DNA from: a virus
Reading direction: 5' to 3' (one strand)
IMG/VR virus record: IMGVR_UViG_3300042893_001701
Location: 5,982-69,981 of that record
Length of the DNA: 64,000 bases
The translations under genes were made by a program, and so were the position numbers. Below the pieces are notes generated by a model. It did no database searches. It saw only the letters and a program-made list of their open reading frames with translations, and had not been told where the DNA came from. Positions 37,652 through 52,600 of this stretch are shown here, piece by piece (positions within the stretch are counted from its first letter, which is position 1; each line of letters starts with the position of its first letter).

Positions 37652-40600
37652 TTATTTTAATATCATAGCTTGTGATTGTCTGTAACGCACGTACTGTCTC
37701 CATTGAATGTTCTTAACTAAACGATATGGATTAGTAGTAGGTCTACGCATACGACCATATTTATTAAACCAATCTCTATAAATATTTTCATATTTTGCAT
37801 ACCTACCATTACGTCCGTAACGATAACGTCGTGGTGTATACTTTTCATAGTTTACAATATCATAAGCAAAACCTCTAAGGGTTCTTCCTAAAGTTGCTTG
37901 TCTTGTATCCAGCATTTCACGCAATACAGGAATTCTAGCAGCTTGTTCTCTTAACTTAGTGCCTGCTGCCAAATCACTTGCACCTGTTACAGTGTTAGCA
38001 ATTCTACCAATTAAACCTAAACTAGCAAGTTGATTTAAAGATTCAAAAACATTTCTTTTTTCTACAAGTGTTTTAACAGCGCGTAAAATAGGAGATATTC
38101 TACCTTCAAATGCTTCTTGTGTATTGTATAAAATATTCATTATATCTAAGGCACCATTGCCAATACGTAAACCAAAATTTTTACTTAATGGTATCCAACC
38201 ATTACGCATTTGGTATTTCATAAAGTCATCATATTCTTTTTCTTCTTCATCAATATATTGTCCATACCAACCATCAAAAAAGTCAGACATAAATCTCCAC
38301 CATCTAGGATTATTTAAACGGTCAATCCAGTTTTGTATTGAACGTACAGGGAATGATACGAATGGAATATCAGCAAGTAAACGTTGTTCTAAAGGTGATC
38401 TTAATCCATAATTAAACCAACTACGTAAAGAAGCAGTAACAGACTCATCAAAAGTTTTATTGTATATCATTAAATTATATAAGAAGTTTGTTATACGAGC
38501 ACTGTTTTCAATCTTAGTATTAATGTCATCATATAAATTAATTAAAGCGCTTGATAAAGTTTTAAAAGGAAAGAAACCTTTTCTATCTCTTCTAATTTTT
38601 CTAGCATCTGTAATCATTTTTTTAATTTCTTCATAAGTATTTGTACTTGTATCGTTGTCATCATACCCACGATATCTTTCAAAAACTTCTGGAAGAAGTT
38701 CAAAATTATCTTTACGTAAATAATCTGATGTAGCTGATGTGTACATAAAAGCACTTAATTGTTTTAGTATATCTTTTTTCCATTTATTATCTTCACCACT
38801 AATAAGTTTAGATAATGAAGGCGCATTTGTACGCACGTTATTATTTTCGTCCCGTGAATCAATTCTTAAACCAGCAATCATCTTGCCATTTATTTCACGG
38901 TTATCATATAGTTCAATATATTCACCGAATTTAATATTAGATATTAAAGTAACAACATCGTACAATGTTTCTTTATATTTATCTACATTTTTAAAATTGA
39001 TTTGTTTTATAATTCTTATTAAACGCTCAACTTTATTTAAATTAAATTTAACGCGTGGGTTATCTATTGTTCTACCAATAGTATAATAACTTTCTAAAAT
39101 TTCTTTCATCAAGTTAATATTTTTTTCGATAACTTTAGCATCAGGTACAGGCATTTTTAATTGATTTAAAATATCTTCATAATATAAACCAGCACTAACA
39201 ATTGTTGCTGTATGTTCGTCGCTATATTTTTCATAAAGATTATATAGTTCTAATGATGTCATTGTCATATGCGTAAAATCTTTAGAGTCAACTACCTTAG
39301 GAAGTATTTGCGCGTTACTAAATAATTGATACACAGTATCGTTTAAGTTTCTGAACAAGAAAGCTGCACTAAACTTAGAAACATTCTTAGAAAAAATTTG
39401 TAACTTCCATGCAAACTTTTCAAGTCCATTAGGAATTATTGTAGACTTATATGTATTCTCCATTGTTTGCATCCAAGTATCCAAATCAATAAAACCAATA
39501 ATAGGTCTTACACCTTGGTCATTGTTGCCTCTAGCAACTTCATAAATTTCTTTTAGTTCACTTAAACTTCTAATAGGTATTTCTTTATACGTAGGAGTTA
39601 AAGCTCTATTGTTTTCTAGTATAATTTTAGGATCAATTTTTTCATAGACCTGACCATTAAAAACAATTTTTCCTCCATCTGTTTGCCACTTTTTAAGTTC
39701 TTCCATATTATTAAACTTCAAAGATTTAAATTCTTCTTCTGTAAACTTAGTAAATAGTTTAGTCTTTGTATCCTTATTAGGATCAAACTTTCTTATTTGA
39801 TCAACAATAGAACGGTAAGCACCTTCATCTTCATAAGGAGGTTTTACAATAACTAAACGGAAATCACCTTGACGTTCTTTCATGAAGTTATAAATAATTT
39901 TAAAACTTAAATCTAAATTATTAGAATCAATCATGTTAGTTAACAAGGTAACATTGTTAGTCATTTCTAATGTAGATCTTTCACGATTTTTATTTAAATC
40001 TTCTTGAGTTAAATACCGTGGTTTACCAACACTACTATCGCCCATTCCATATCCATCAACAGTTCTTAATAATAAAATACCACCACCAATATTATTTAAT
40101 ACTGCATTTTGTAACGCGTTTGTTTTAATTTCTTCTTTGTCTTTTTCTAATTGTTTATTTTCTTCTTCTAATTTAGCAATAGGATTTTTGTTTTCTGCAT
40201 ACCAAGCTTTAATTCTTTCAATATTTTGAACAGCTGTTTTTAATTTGCTTTGTTCTTTTTCTTGCAACTTAATTTTATTTTCAGTTTCTTTAATAAGCTG
40301 CTCGTTACTTGATTTTTTATTTTGAAGCTCTTCTAATTTAGCATATTGCTTTGCATTAGCAGTGTCGCGAATAGCATTACGTACACGTCTTGTGCTTAAT
40401 TCATTTTGTGCAGTAGTTTTTAAATTAAGTTTCTTTATAATTTTTTTAGTATTTTTTATTTGTTCTTCAATATTATCTGTTGAAGTTAAAATTAAATCTA
40501 TTTCAGTTCTAAAATTATTAATAACGTCATCAATCTTTTCTATTTCAGAATTAAAAGTAGAGTACTTTAAACGATCTGTTATATCTTTAGATACTTCAGG

Positions 40601-43600
40601 CATTGTAGCTTCTAATAATTCATCAGATGTTTTTGAAATAATAGGACCGTTATTACTACCAGCAACGCTTACACTTAAGTGTACGTCGTTGTGTTCACTA
40701 ATAGCTTCTTTAATATCCTCATCTAATAAATCATCTTCTGGTGTAAATACAGTACGATTACCTTCTTCATCAACAATAAACCAACCTTCAGTCATATCAT
40801 TTACGTTTTGGAAAAAGTTATAAATAATAGTTTCTTTACCATAACGATTTTTAAAAACTTCCATAAAGTTAGGATCTCTTAAACGATACATTAAAGATAA
40901 AATGTTACGGGTATTTTTTACTAAGTTAACTTTATTTATATCAAGTTTATATTTACTTACAAACCGTTCACTTACTACATTAGCAATTGATAAAACATCT
41001 CGTAAAAATGTAGATAGTTTATAGAAAGGAATATTCATTGATTCAAAAAATCTAATACTATTTATTAAATCATTTGAATATTGCATATAATTAACAGGAT
41101 TTATTAATGCATTATTTAATTGAATAACTTTATTAAACATTGTAGTAACAAAAGTATCAGGCATAAATAAATTTCCTAATAAAAATAACTTAGCACGTTC
41201 AACAATTAAAGCATTAATATCATTTAGTGCTGGCTTTTCTTCTGTGTAATTTTCTTTAAGAGATACATGACTATCAGGATTTTGTTCAAAGTATTCTTGG
41301 TTAATACTTCCTGATCCAATTTTATCTAGTTTTAAATCAATACGCTCACGCATATTTCTATCTGTATTAATAGCCATACCAAATAAACTTTCAATATTAT
41401 TACTACCTAATATAATTTTTCTAATACTTTTTTTAGTGGTAATTTCATCAACAGCTTGTCTATTTAATAATGAACGTTGGTTAGGATTTGTATCAATACC
41501 ATCATGTTTATTCATAGATATATCTTTTTGAATTAATCGAGACATATTATTCAACGCTACACGTTCAATAACAAACTGATTTAAATAACCACTCATTAGT
41601 TCTTCTATACTTTCTCTACCATTTAAAAAACCATTAAGTGTTTTAGGATTATTAAAGTAAAACATTAATAATTCTTTAACAAAGCTATTAGATATTGTTT
41701 CTTCGGGATTATATTTACTCAGTTGTTTAATGTAGTTAGCAATAACAGGATCATTAGTTTTACTAGAAGACTGCAAGAACGTTATATATTCTCTATAAGT
41801 AACAGTGTCTTGGTTAACTAAATCAGAAAGATTTTCCAGCTCAACAAATCCTTGTTTGTATTCTTCTACAAGTCTAATTAAATCATTAATAATTAAAGGC
41901 ACATCTTTAACAAAGAAACGCATGCTACCTTTAGGATTATTAATAGCACTGTTACCTGTCTTACCCGTTTGTTTAATAGTTGTTAATAAATTTAAAATTT
42001 CGTCAGGACTTAAATCAGTAACATCTTTACCTATGATAGCTTTTAATAATGAAGCGATAGTAACTTCGCCTTCTTGGTTAGCTGCAGCTCCAATAGATTT
42101 CCAAAACTCACCTGTTTTTGATAAGTTAATACGTGGATATATTGAAAGGAACGAGGATATAAATTGATCTTTACGTTTATTACCTGTGTAATTAACACCA
42201 TTTTTAGAAGCACGACCACGGCTTGTAGTAAATTGTTCAATCTTTTTAGTTAAAACAAAACGAACAAATCGTTTATAAAGACGTGCAAATTCAGGATCTT
42301 TATCATTTGTAATAATATTTTGTTCTTCTTCTGTAAAGTATTTTAAATAGACATCAGTAAGATCTTTATTAAGTTTTACATCGTTACCAAACATTACTTT
42401 ATTTTGTGTTAAAGCAGCTTCTAAAGTATAAAGTAAATCAATGTTTTCTTTATTAGTATTGTAATATTCTAATACCTTTTTATTGTCTTGGTAATCATTA
42501 ATTGTTTTAATAACACCAGCAAAGTCATTGCCTTGATTAGTCATTCTAATATGCGCATTTACGTATACTTTTAAATTAGCAGTATTAGAAGTATCTAATT
42601 CAATAATAGTATTCTTAACTGTTTCCCCAAGTTGAGCTAGTATATCTGGTTCAATTAAAACATACTCTTCGATTTCTAGATATTCTTTATTAGGTCTTAC
42701 ATCTTTATTAAATGTATTTTTACCTGTTTGGTTACGAGTAAATTTATAACTAATTAAATCAACGTTACCAACTTTATGTTCGTTTTTAATTAAATCTAGT
42801 TCTTCTTTTCCAAACATTTCTTCATTAGATTTTTCAAGATAGCTCACAAGATTAATTACATTACCTTTACTATCTTTCTTAACTTCTTCATCATAAGTGT
42901 AGTAATTTAAGTCAGTAGAAAGCAAATTTTTTAACGGAGCATCAGGACCTTCTACATCATTTATTTTTAACAAAGCCATACCTAAAGCATCACCGTCGTT
43001 ATCAGCACCCATCATGTTATATGCATAAACGTTTATATTAGCAGCGTAGGATTTACTATAACCTATAGCTTTAAAGACAGGCACAGCTGCATAATCTTGA
43101 ACTGGTGAACGAGCAGCTAGTAAATATGTATACGTTTGTTTTATAATTAGTGCACTAAGTTTGTTTACATCTGTTACATTCGCTTTTAATTCTTTATATA
43201 AAGCTTCGTTTTCTTTTGCAAAAATACCACGAGAGTTTAAATACTCTTCACGTTCTTCATCTGTTTTATAAGTTAAAGCAGTTTCAATGTACTCTTTAAT
43301 TTTTTGTTTGTTTGTTAACTCTTCAGTTTTAATTAACGTACCACCATCACGTTGGTTACGTTCTTCAATAGCTTTCCAAGCAGATTCAGATAAATTAATT
43401 TCACCGGCGTCAAGAGTAACATCAGCAAGATACTGTTGTCGTATACCTTCCCAACGTTTAAACGTAGATTTATAATAAGCACTTTGTTTACCGTCATACA
43501 TTTTTTGTAAGACGTTACTTTCTGTATTAGTAACTAGCTTTTCAACTTCCTTTTGATAACCTATTGTACTGTTATTAGAAGTATGGATAAGCAATAATAG

Positions 43601-46600
43601 TTGTAAGTATTTAATACCTTGGTTTCTTACATACTCATGTATTTTTTTATTCTGAAAAGCTTTTGATAATAAACTTATATATTTTTCAAAAGCTTCTTCA
43701 CTATTTACGTCTTCTTCTTTTTCAAGATTAATCGCTTCTTTAATAACAGTTTTAAATCCTAAAGCACGTACATCACTTAATAAGTTTAAGTTACTGTAGT
43801 CAGGGTTAAATACTTTAAAGAAGTTATCTTTACCAATTTTTGTAAATATTTGATTCATTACTGTAGGTGATAAAGACTGACCTTTAATTGGGTTATTATT
43901 ACCATCTACAATAGTTCTAATTAACTTACCAACTGCATTAACTTTAGTGATTGTTTGCAACGCTTGTGCAGTATTTTCATGGTCTGCATAAACGTATAAC
44001 AAACCTCTGACATATTTGCTTTCTGTTAAGTTGCTAATAATATAACGACGTTCATGTAGTTTATTTTGATCTGTGTCAGTGTCTAAATCTTTCTGATTAA
44101 AAATAGCAGGTTTAACAATTGTAGGTGTAACAACTTGTATACCTTTTAAATCGGTGATATCTTTTTCTTTATAATCTCTCAATAAAAGAACTTGATATAA
44201 TTTTTCTTTACTTATACCTGTAAATTCTGGCAGGTTCCCTAACTTACTTTGAATAACATCTGATAATTCTTCAAATATTTCGTAAGTTGTTTTACCGTCA
44301 ATTAACATAATATTATCTTTACCAGACTTAGTAATTAAAGGTAAAAATACTTTTCGTAAGTGTTCGTCAATAAGTTTAAAGTAACTTTCAGTGCGTTCAG
44401 GTACAACACTGTTACCACGATTATCAGTTTCTTTAATTAAATAAGCACGGATATAGTTAAATAACATTTCAGCATAAGCACCAGCAGTACCACGACTAAA
44501 GACTGAATCAGCAGATGCAGCAAAGTATGCACCATATGTCTTGTATAAGTTTGGTATATATCTTACAGCTCCTTTAAAGCCGTAGTGCAATCCTAACCAA
44601 GTCTTATTACCTTGCCCCCAGTTAGTTGCTCTAGCCCAATCAGCATCAATTGCGATAACGTCTAAAGGAATTCGTGGGTCTTTAACAAAAGCTACAGGTA
44701 CTGTGACCCCAAATTGGTGCACCATTGAATCTTTTTTATATTCATTGTATAAACTTTCAGACATAATATTAGGCATAAAAATTTGAGTATTAGACGTTTT
44801 AGTCTTTCGTATGAACTGATCGCTTATTGTTTTATTATTTAAATATTTAATAGGGTCTGCTAAAAATGTTTCTAATAACTTTTTACCAGGCGCTTGTTTT
44901 TCTTTAATATCTCCATAAATATTATTAAGAAATCCTACTGTAGTATACTTAGCTAAAAGATGTTTAGCACTTAGCATTGTACGAATAGAGTTTGTCATTA
45001 ATGTAAATGGAAAATTAAAATCATACTTAGTTTTATATTTAAGCACAGCACCCATGCTACCGTCAGAGTTTAATCCAAGATCTATTTTTTCTTCTTCTAA
45101 AAATTTAGCATCAAAACTGTCTAAGTTATAGTCATAACTGTAATCAGAATTTATTTGATTGATTAAGGATCCAGGTTCTAGTGCTTTGTACTTAGCTGTA
45201 ATACGGTTATAAATACCTGAATATATTTCTTTTATATTAATTGCTGTTAACTTTTGATTAGATTGATATAAAGAAAGTTCTGCAAAAAATTGATTTTTAA
45301 TAATTTTAGATATGTTAATAACTTGTAAATAATTATAGTTACCTGCAAACTTTTCATGGGTCAAAGTACTGTCATATAATTCTTTAATAATTTTAAGCTT
45401 ATCGTCTACTTGTGCTTTAGTATCATCTTTTTTAAAGTTAACAAACTTGTCTTCACTTTTAATAATCCATTCAATTAGTACTTTAATTGCATCTTTGCTA
45501 GAATCTTTACCCTCTGAAAAATGTAATTCATCTTGTTTTAAGTTAGGAATAATAACAAGTTTTTTATCACTCTTAGTATCTTGCCAATAGAAGTGTTTGT
45601 TTTCATTAATAAATTCTTTTAATTCATTAACAGTAAATTGATAACCTTTTTTATTTTTAGGGTTTAACGCTACTTCTATTTTCTTTTCTTGTATTTGAAA
45701 ACCTTTACTAGTACCACCAGAATATTTTAAATGTGCAGGAATGTAACCGTATTTTAAATTAATAGTTAAAGTATTTGATTTTGCATTGTATACAACATTA
45801 TTTGCTTCATTGTATTCTTGATCTAGTACCGTAAAAATATAAGTATTATTAGTTTCGTCAGTAGCATCTTTAATAACTTTACTTAATACTGTATTTGAAA
45901 CTGTTCTTAAAACTTTAATATCATTTCCTTTAGTAGGATCGTCATACATTACTTTAACGCCTTCTTTTTTTAGAAGTTTGTCTTGGTCTATTTCTTCTTG
46001 TGGTAAAATACGTGATGCTACATCTTCATATTGTTCATCAGTCATTCTATCAGATGGTATTTCACCCGTAATTAAAGTTAATATTGATTCATTTTTAATA
46101 CGTTCAAGATTATCTTGAATACCAGTTAATGTATGAAGGACATCTTTGTATACTAAAAGAACAGCATCAGTTGACTTTTCTTCTAAGGTACGATCACCTT
46201 TATAGTTTTCTAAAAATGTTTTTGTTTGTAGTAAAGCTGTATAACGATCGTTTACTAAAGCTTTAAACACTTCAAACTCATTGCTAAAATTATCTTTTAG
46301 TAAGTCGTCAAATTTAATACTTGTATACTTTAAACTTTCTTCATAGGTGTTTAAAAGTCTTGTTACATTTGTAACAATAGCTGTGTTAGATTCAAAGAAT
46401 TTTTGATTATTATCAGTAGCTTCAGTAATAACATTATAAATAGTTTTAATTGTTTTATAATCAGCTACTTTATTATTAAATAAAATCTCACCATCTTTAA
46501 CTGAAACCCCTTTGTAATCTCTAATATTTAAAAGATTCTTTAAAGATTCAATAAGTTCTGTTTTAGTTTGTTTTAAAATAATCGTATGATCTTTTATAAA

Positions 46601-49600
46601 CTCTTCATAAACTATTTTAAGTAAAGCAACAACACCGGTGTCTTTAATATTTTCTTCAGCTTTATTAAGAATACTTAGTTCTTTATTAATTTGTTCTAAA
46701 GCATCTTCTGGTTTTAATGTACCATCTAATACTTGAACTAATCTAGAATCTATTGTTTTTTCAAGCGTCTTTTTTAATTTATCTTCGCTAAGATCTTTGC
46801 TACTCAACATTGTGCTTAAGTTTAATAAAGCTTGTACTTTATTTTGAAGATTATTAAAAGCTACCTTTTGTTGATTTTCAAACAACGCCAATGATTTAGG
46901 ACCTGTAGAACTACCTATGTTTGCGGTAATATTATTTAAAGCAATACCAATAGTTTTAGCATAACCAAAACTATTGTTGTTAATTTTACGTGCAACATCT
47001 AGTATCTTTAATAAAATTTCTTCATTAGAAACTTTTAAAGTAGCTTGTTCTTGCTGTAAACGTACAATTAATTTTTGACCTTCTTCAATAGTTTTATTTA
47101 TTTTATCTAGTTCTTCTTGACGTGCAAGTACAATTTCATCTGATGTAGCACCTAACTTTAAAGCTTCTATTAAATTATTATTAGCTAATATTGCAACATC
47201 AATTAATTCTAAACGTTTGTTAACATCTAAAGCATCACCTTCTTCATACAACTTAATGCCTGTTTGACTAATTGCTTCTAATGTAATCTCTGTTTTAACT
47301 GTTGTTCCTGCTTTAGTTGCACCGTAATCAATTTTTAGTGCACCACTTAAATACTGGTTATATGTGTTTGTTACATCAACAATTAATTTTTCTACATACT
47401 CAATAATAATTTTTTGAATAGCAGGGTTTCTATTATTTAAACTAATACCTTCCATAAATTTAAGTATTAAATCTTCTTTAATACTGTTTTGTTCTATAAT
47501 ATCTTTTGAATTAATATGCTTTAATAAAGAATCGTTAATGTATTTAATTGAACCTGTAGATACATCCATAATTTGTTTACGAATATTATCATTAATAATA
47601 TAGCCAACTTGTTCAGATGCATATCTTACACGTTGTTTTATTTTTAACTCTGCTGTTTTTCTATTAATTAAATTTAAACGTTTCTTAAAAATATCTGCTT
47701 CTTGTGAGGTCAACAAAGGTAAACGTTCATTTAATTGTTTAATTGTATCAGCATATTCTTTTTGCAAAGCAACTAAATATTCTTTAGTAATTTCATCATC
47801 ATTTAAATCAGTTTTATCTATGTTGTCAAATATTTTTTTAACATCTGTTTCTTCTCTTAAGTTACGATAGTATTCGTTTACAATTAAATTTTCTCCAACA
47901 CGTGAAACAAAATCTTTAATTAAACTAAAATCAAAACGATAACCGTTATGTGCTACGATATCTACACTTTGATCACCAATAAGTTGTAAGAAAGTATTAA
48001 TAAAGTTATCATTGTTTTTGACATTTCTTACACGTGTAATTAACAAGTCCATTTTTTCTTTTGCTTTAATTTCAAAATTTTCTTCTGTTAAGTTTTCGTT
48101 TTTCCATTGTTCTTTCCATATAGATTTTTGTTGTTCATAAAACTTAAGCATGTTTTCTTTATAAGATCCATCATCATTTAAACCATCAAAGAATAAAGCA
48201 CTGTTAATAAATACATCGTTAATAATAACTTCATCATTCTTTTCGTAAATCATTGTCATTTGATAAGGTTTGAATTGTCCGTCTTGTTTGTAAGTTTCTA
48301 AGTCAACCACTACAAAGTTTTTAGCATTTGGTTTTTGATGTATGTAATTTAAAAACGTAATTAAAGAGTCTACAATAGAGTTGTGTAAAGCGTAATCACC
48401 GCGTGACATAATTTGTTTTTTAATAACATCTACATTAAAGTTCTTATAACGTGACTTTAATGTTGATAAAACAATATCAATAACATCAGATTCTTCTTCA
48501 TCTTCTTTAATTTTATAATAGTGTTTAAATACGTCAATGTTAGATAGTTTATCTCCAGCAACTTCAAGTTCTTTTTTGTATAACATTTCACGTTCAGCTC
48601 TTATTTTTAATAAAGCTTCTCGTTTTTCTTGAAGTAAAACTTTTAAGTCAGCTATATTTTTTTGAACTTTAGGCACATTTAGTAATTCATCTTTTACTTG
48701 AGCAATATCATTTATTTGACCGACAATAGCATTTTTATTTTCATTAGCTTGTTTTAATTGACCGCTAGATTTATTATTAGCAACAAAACGAATTAATGAT
48801 TCTAATGTAGCATTGTTAATATCTAAAGTAGGGCCACCTAGTGCAGCATATAAACTATTAAATAATTTTTTATTATTATCTGAGTCATTAATAGTAGGTA
48901 CTTTTTTTACACGTTTTAATATGTCATCTTCTAATAAAAGATCTTTAGTTGTAAGCTCCCATTGCTTAATTAATTTTTCATTGTTTAAAATAATTTCATC
49001 AATATTGTTATTATATAAGTTATTAATTTTATTATTAACAATTGATAGCAAAGATTCTGCGTGTTTTAATTGATCTATTGTTAAACCTGATAAATTAATA
49101 TTTATATTTTTACTTCCGAAATCAGACTTAATAGGCCTATAACTTTCTTTCTTTTGAGCAACACTCATTAAAAGATTGTAAGCTACTAAAGGATCTGTAA
49201 TATTTTCAAACAAACGTTCTGTGTCTTCTGTTATACGTTTTACTTCTTGATTAGTTAATAGCCCGCCTAATTGTAATTCACGTTTTACAAGTTGTAATTC
49301 TAAAACAGTATTAAAGTATAAGTTAATTTTAAATTCATTCTCACCTTTTAATTCTGTTAATGTAATAGCTTCTGTAATATTAATTAACTTTTTAGATTTA
49401 AGATTTTCAAGATGCGTTTTTAATATAGCTGTTTCATTTTCAATAGCTTTAATTAAAACAAAAGGCTTAATAAGCGTATCTTCTGTAATTTTACCAAGGT
49501 CTTTACTGTCTGCTCTACCATATGAAATATTAAAAGCACGTACTAACATGTACGCTTTTTTAAGGTATTTCATTTTTTCGTTAAATTGTTTATTGTGTCT

Positions 49601-52600
49601 GGCTTGAATTAAATCTTTTGCAGTTTCTGTTAATTCTTTAAAGTTATCTTTACGATCAATAGTATCAAAAGTTCTGGTTAAATCAATTTTACCTTCTTTT
49701 TTAAAGTCAGTTATAAGTTCTGTTAATGCGTTTAAAGCAAAGTCAATTTGATCTACATCGCCCAGACGTATATTGTCTCTTTGTTCTTTTAAGCTTAAAA
49801 TCTTTTCATCAATAATAACACGTTTATCTTTGTAAGAAACATAAGTAAATTTTTTACTTGTTATTTTTAAACCTTTACCACGAGCATCTCTTTGATCTCT
49901 TAAAGCATTTAGTTTATCTATAATCTTTTTATTGTTAATATCTTTATAAATATTAAATAAATCTTTAACATTATTAACTTCGTACACTGCTAGTTCATCT
50001 TTGTAAAAATCAAACAACGTATCAAAAATAACATTAGCAGGTGTGTTTGTTTTTATAAAGTATTCAAATTCTTCATTTAATAATTTGTATATTTTAAATT
50101 CTTTAGTAGCTTCAATAGCTTTAACTTCAAGATCATCTTTTAAATAAGCTTCGTATTCTTTAACAATTTTTGATTCATATTCATTTTTAAGTTTGTCTAA
50201 TCTAAGTTGTTGTTTACCTAATTCAAGATTAATTTTATTTTCTGCACGGTCTAAAAAGAAGTTTCTTAAACCAGGATAAAGTTTAAATAAGTTATTAATT
50301 AATTCAAGTTTCTTTTCTTTAATAATTTTTTCTTCTTCTTTTACTTTTTGATCTGCTTCCACTAATTTTTCTTGTAAAATAAATGTAGCTAAGTCAGCTT
50401 GATCATTAATATCTTGTGGTATATTTAAAGGTCTAACAGCATCATAAACATAATGACTTGGTGCATCTTTAATAGTAAACAGTGTATTTTGCCTATCTAA
50501 TCTTCTGGCATTTGCTGTACTTGTATCTAAAGAACTTTGCATTTTAATAACAGTTTTATCTAAAGCATCTATTTCTAATTCTTCATTTGCTTCATCTTGC
50601 ATTTTTATTGTAGTTGCTGCACCAATTCTATTTTTCTTACCATAAGCAACATCAAATGTGTCATACCATTGTTTTGGATTATAAAAGTTTTCGGAAGCAT
50701 TAATAAAGTTATTAATCTTTAAACCTGTTTCAATGATTGATTTTTGTTCAACACTTAATTGATCAAATGTTTTACCTTGTAATTTAGCCAACTCTTCTTT
50801 TTTTTCAAGATTAGTTTTATCACTTTTAATGATACGATATATAACACTTGTAATAGTTTTAAACTTATAGTTTTTATACTGAAGATCAGTCTTAAGTTGA
50901 TCTTTAATACTTGCAGCTAATTTATTTTGAATTTCAGGTATGTCTTTACTGTCTACAAAACGGGCAGTAAAAATATATCCTATAACAGCTTTAATATTAC
51001 TGTCATTAAATTCAACAATCTTATTGTTATTATCAGATATACTAATAATTTGTTTAACACGTTTAGCTAACTCTGCATCAAATTCATCTGCCAATACATC
51101 AGGACTTTTTTTAGAACTTGAATTATTAACGATGTATTCTTTTTTAGCTTCTGATACTAAATAGTTATACTGTTCAATAAAGTAATTAACAGCACTCTTT
51201 TCTTTTAAAAATAAACCAACTGCAGTTGCCACGTCTCGTACTCTTATAAACTCGTAAGGTTTAAAGTCTTTTTTAATAAATGCTAAAACATCAGTAAAGT
51301 TGTTTCTTATTGAATTATATAAAACGTTTGAACTTCCTACATCTTTTGTTTTAGATGAGTTTTCTGCCATCATATCTAAAACAAAGTCTTTACGCATCAA
51401 CATAAGTTCATACATACGTCCACCAACAAAACCGGCTTCACCTTCTCTAAATAAAGGTTCGTATAATGTGCGTTGAGTTTCTGTAGCTACTGTTTTAATA
51501 TTATTTTCTTTATAAATAATCCCATGACGCGTGCCAGTGTACTCATCATTATCTTTTAAATTAGTGCCATCAAGTATAATACGTTGTAAACGATCGTTTA
51601 AAAAAGTTACTCTTGAGTTTATTTTTCTTAAAGTAACAAATCCTTTATTAAAGTAAAAGTTAATACTATTAGTAATAGCATTACCGTCACCTAAAACATC
51701 ATTCATGTTAATTGTTTTATAATTTAAGAAATTATTTTTATCTCTTAATTTTTCATAGTATAAAACTTGTTTAATTTTATCTGCATCTAAACCATAATCT
51801 TTTATATTTAATTTATTTTCAATAAATTGTTGTTTATGATAATTAATAAACAACATTAAAACAGTAGCTTTTGTGTAGTCTTCTGTAGACAACTTATCTT
51901 TTTTAGCAGTTTCTATATTTTTTACATGCGCGTTAATAAAGTGAGAGATATCTTCATACTCACCTTCTAATATAGAAAACACTTCACTTCTAGTGATGCC
52001 GAACTTATTCATAACCTTAACAATTTCTTCGGTATCAGTATCGTCACTATAGTTTCTAATAACATCTTTAAAATAATCTAAGAACTTTTTACTGTTTTCT
52101 AATAAGTCTAATGTATGAACTTCATAAATTTCTTTATAACTTAGTTCAACTTTTTTAATTTTATAAGTACCTTTTTTTATAGCAGATACTTCATTTATAA
52201 ATAAATTAATTGTTTCTTTAGTTAAGTCATCGCTATCAGTTAACATTTTTTTATATTCACTTGTGTCTGTAATAATACGTCCAGTAGATATATTAGCGTT
52301 TCCAACGTCAAACATTACTCTTATTTGAGCTTCTGTAAAACCTTTAGCAATCATTTCTTTTTTAAGGGTATCTGTTTTATTAATTGTTTTTTCAAGTGTA
52401 CCTAACTCTGATACATAACGTTTAGTTTCTTTAGTTTCTTTAGAATATAAGTATTCTGTTGCAGTTAAAATAACATCACTTGCTAAATCTGTTAACGATA
52501 AACGATCAGCATTATCTAAAGAATACCCAAATTTCTTTAAAACATATTGACTAATATATTCATCAATTTTAATGTTTTCAACTGGATCTAATTTATTTTC

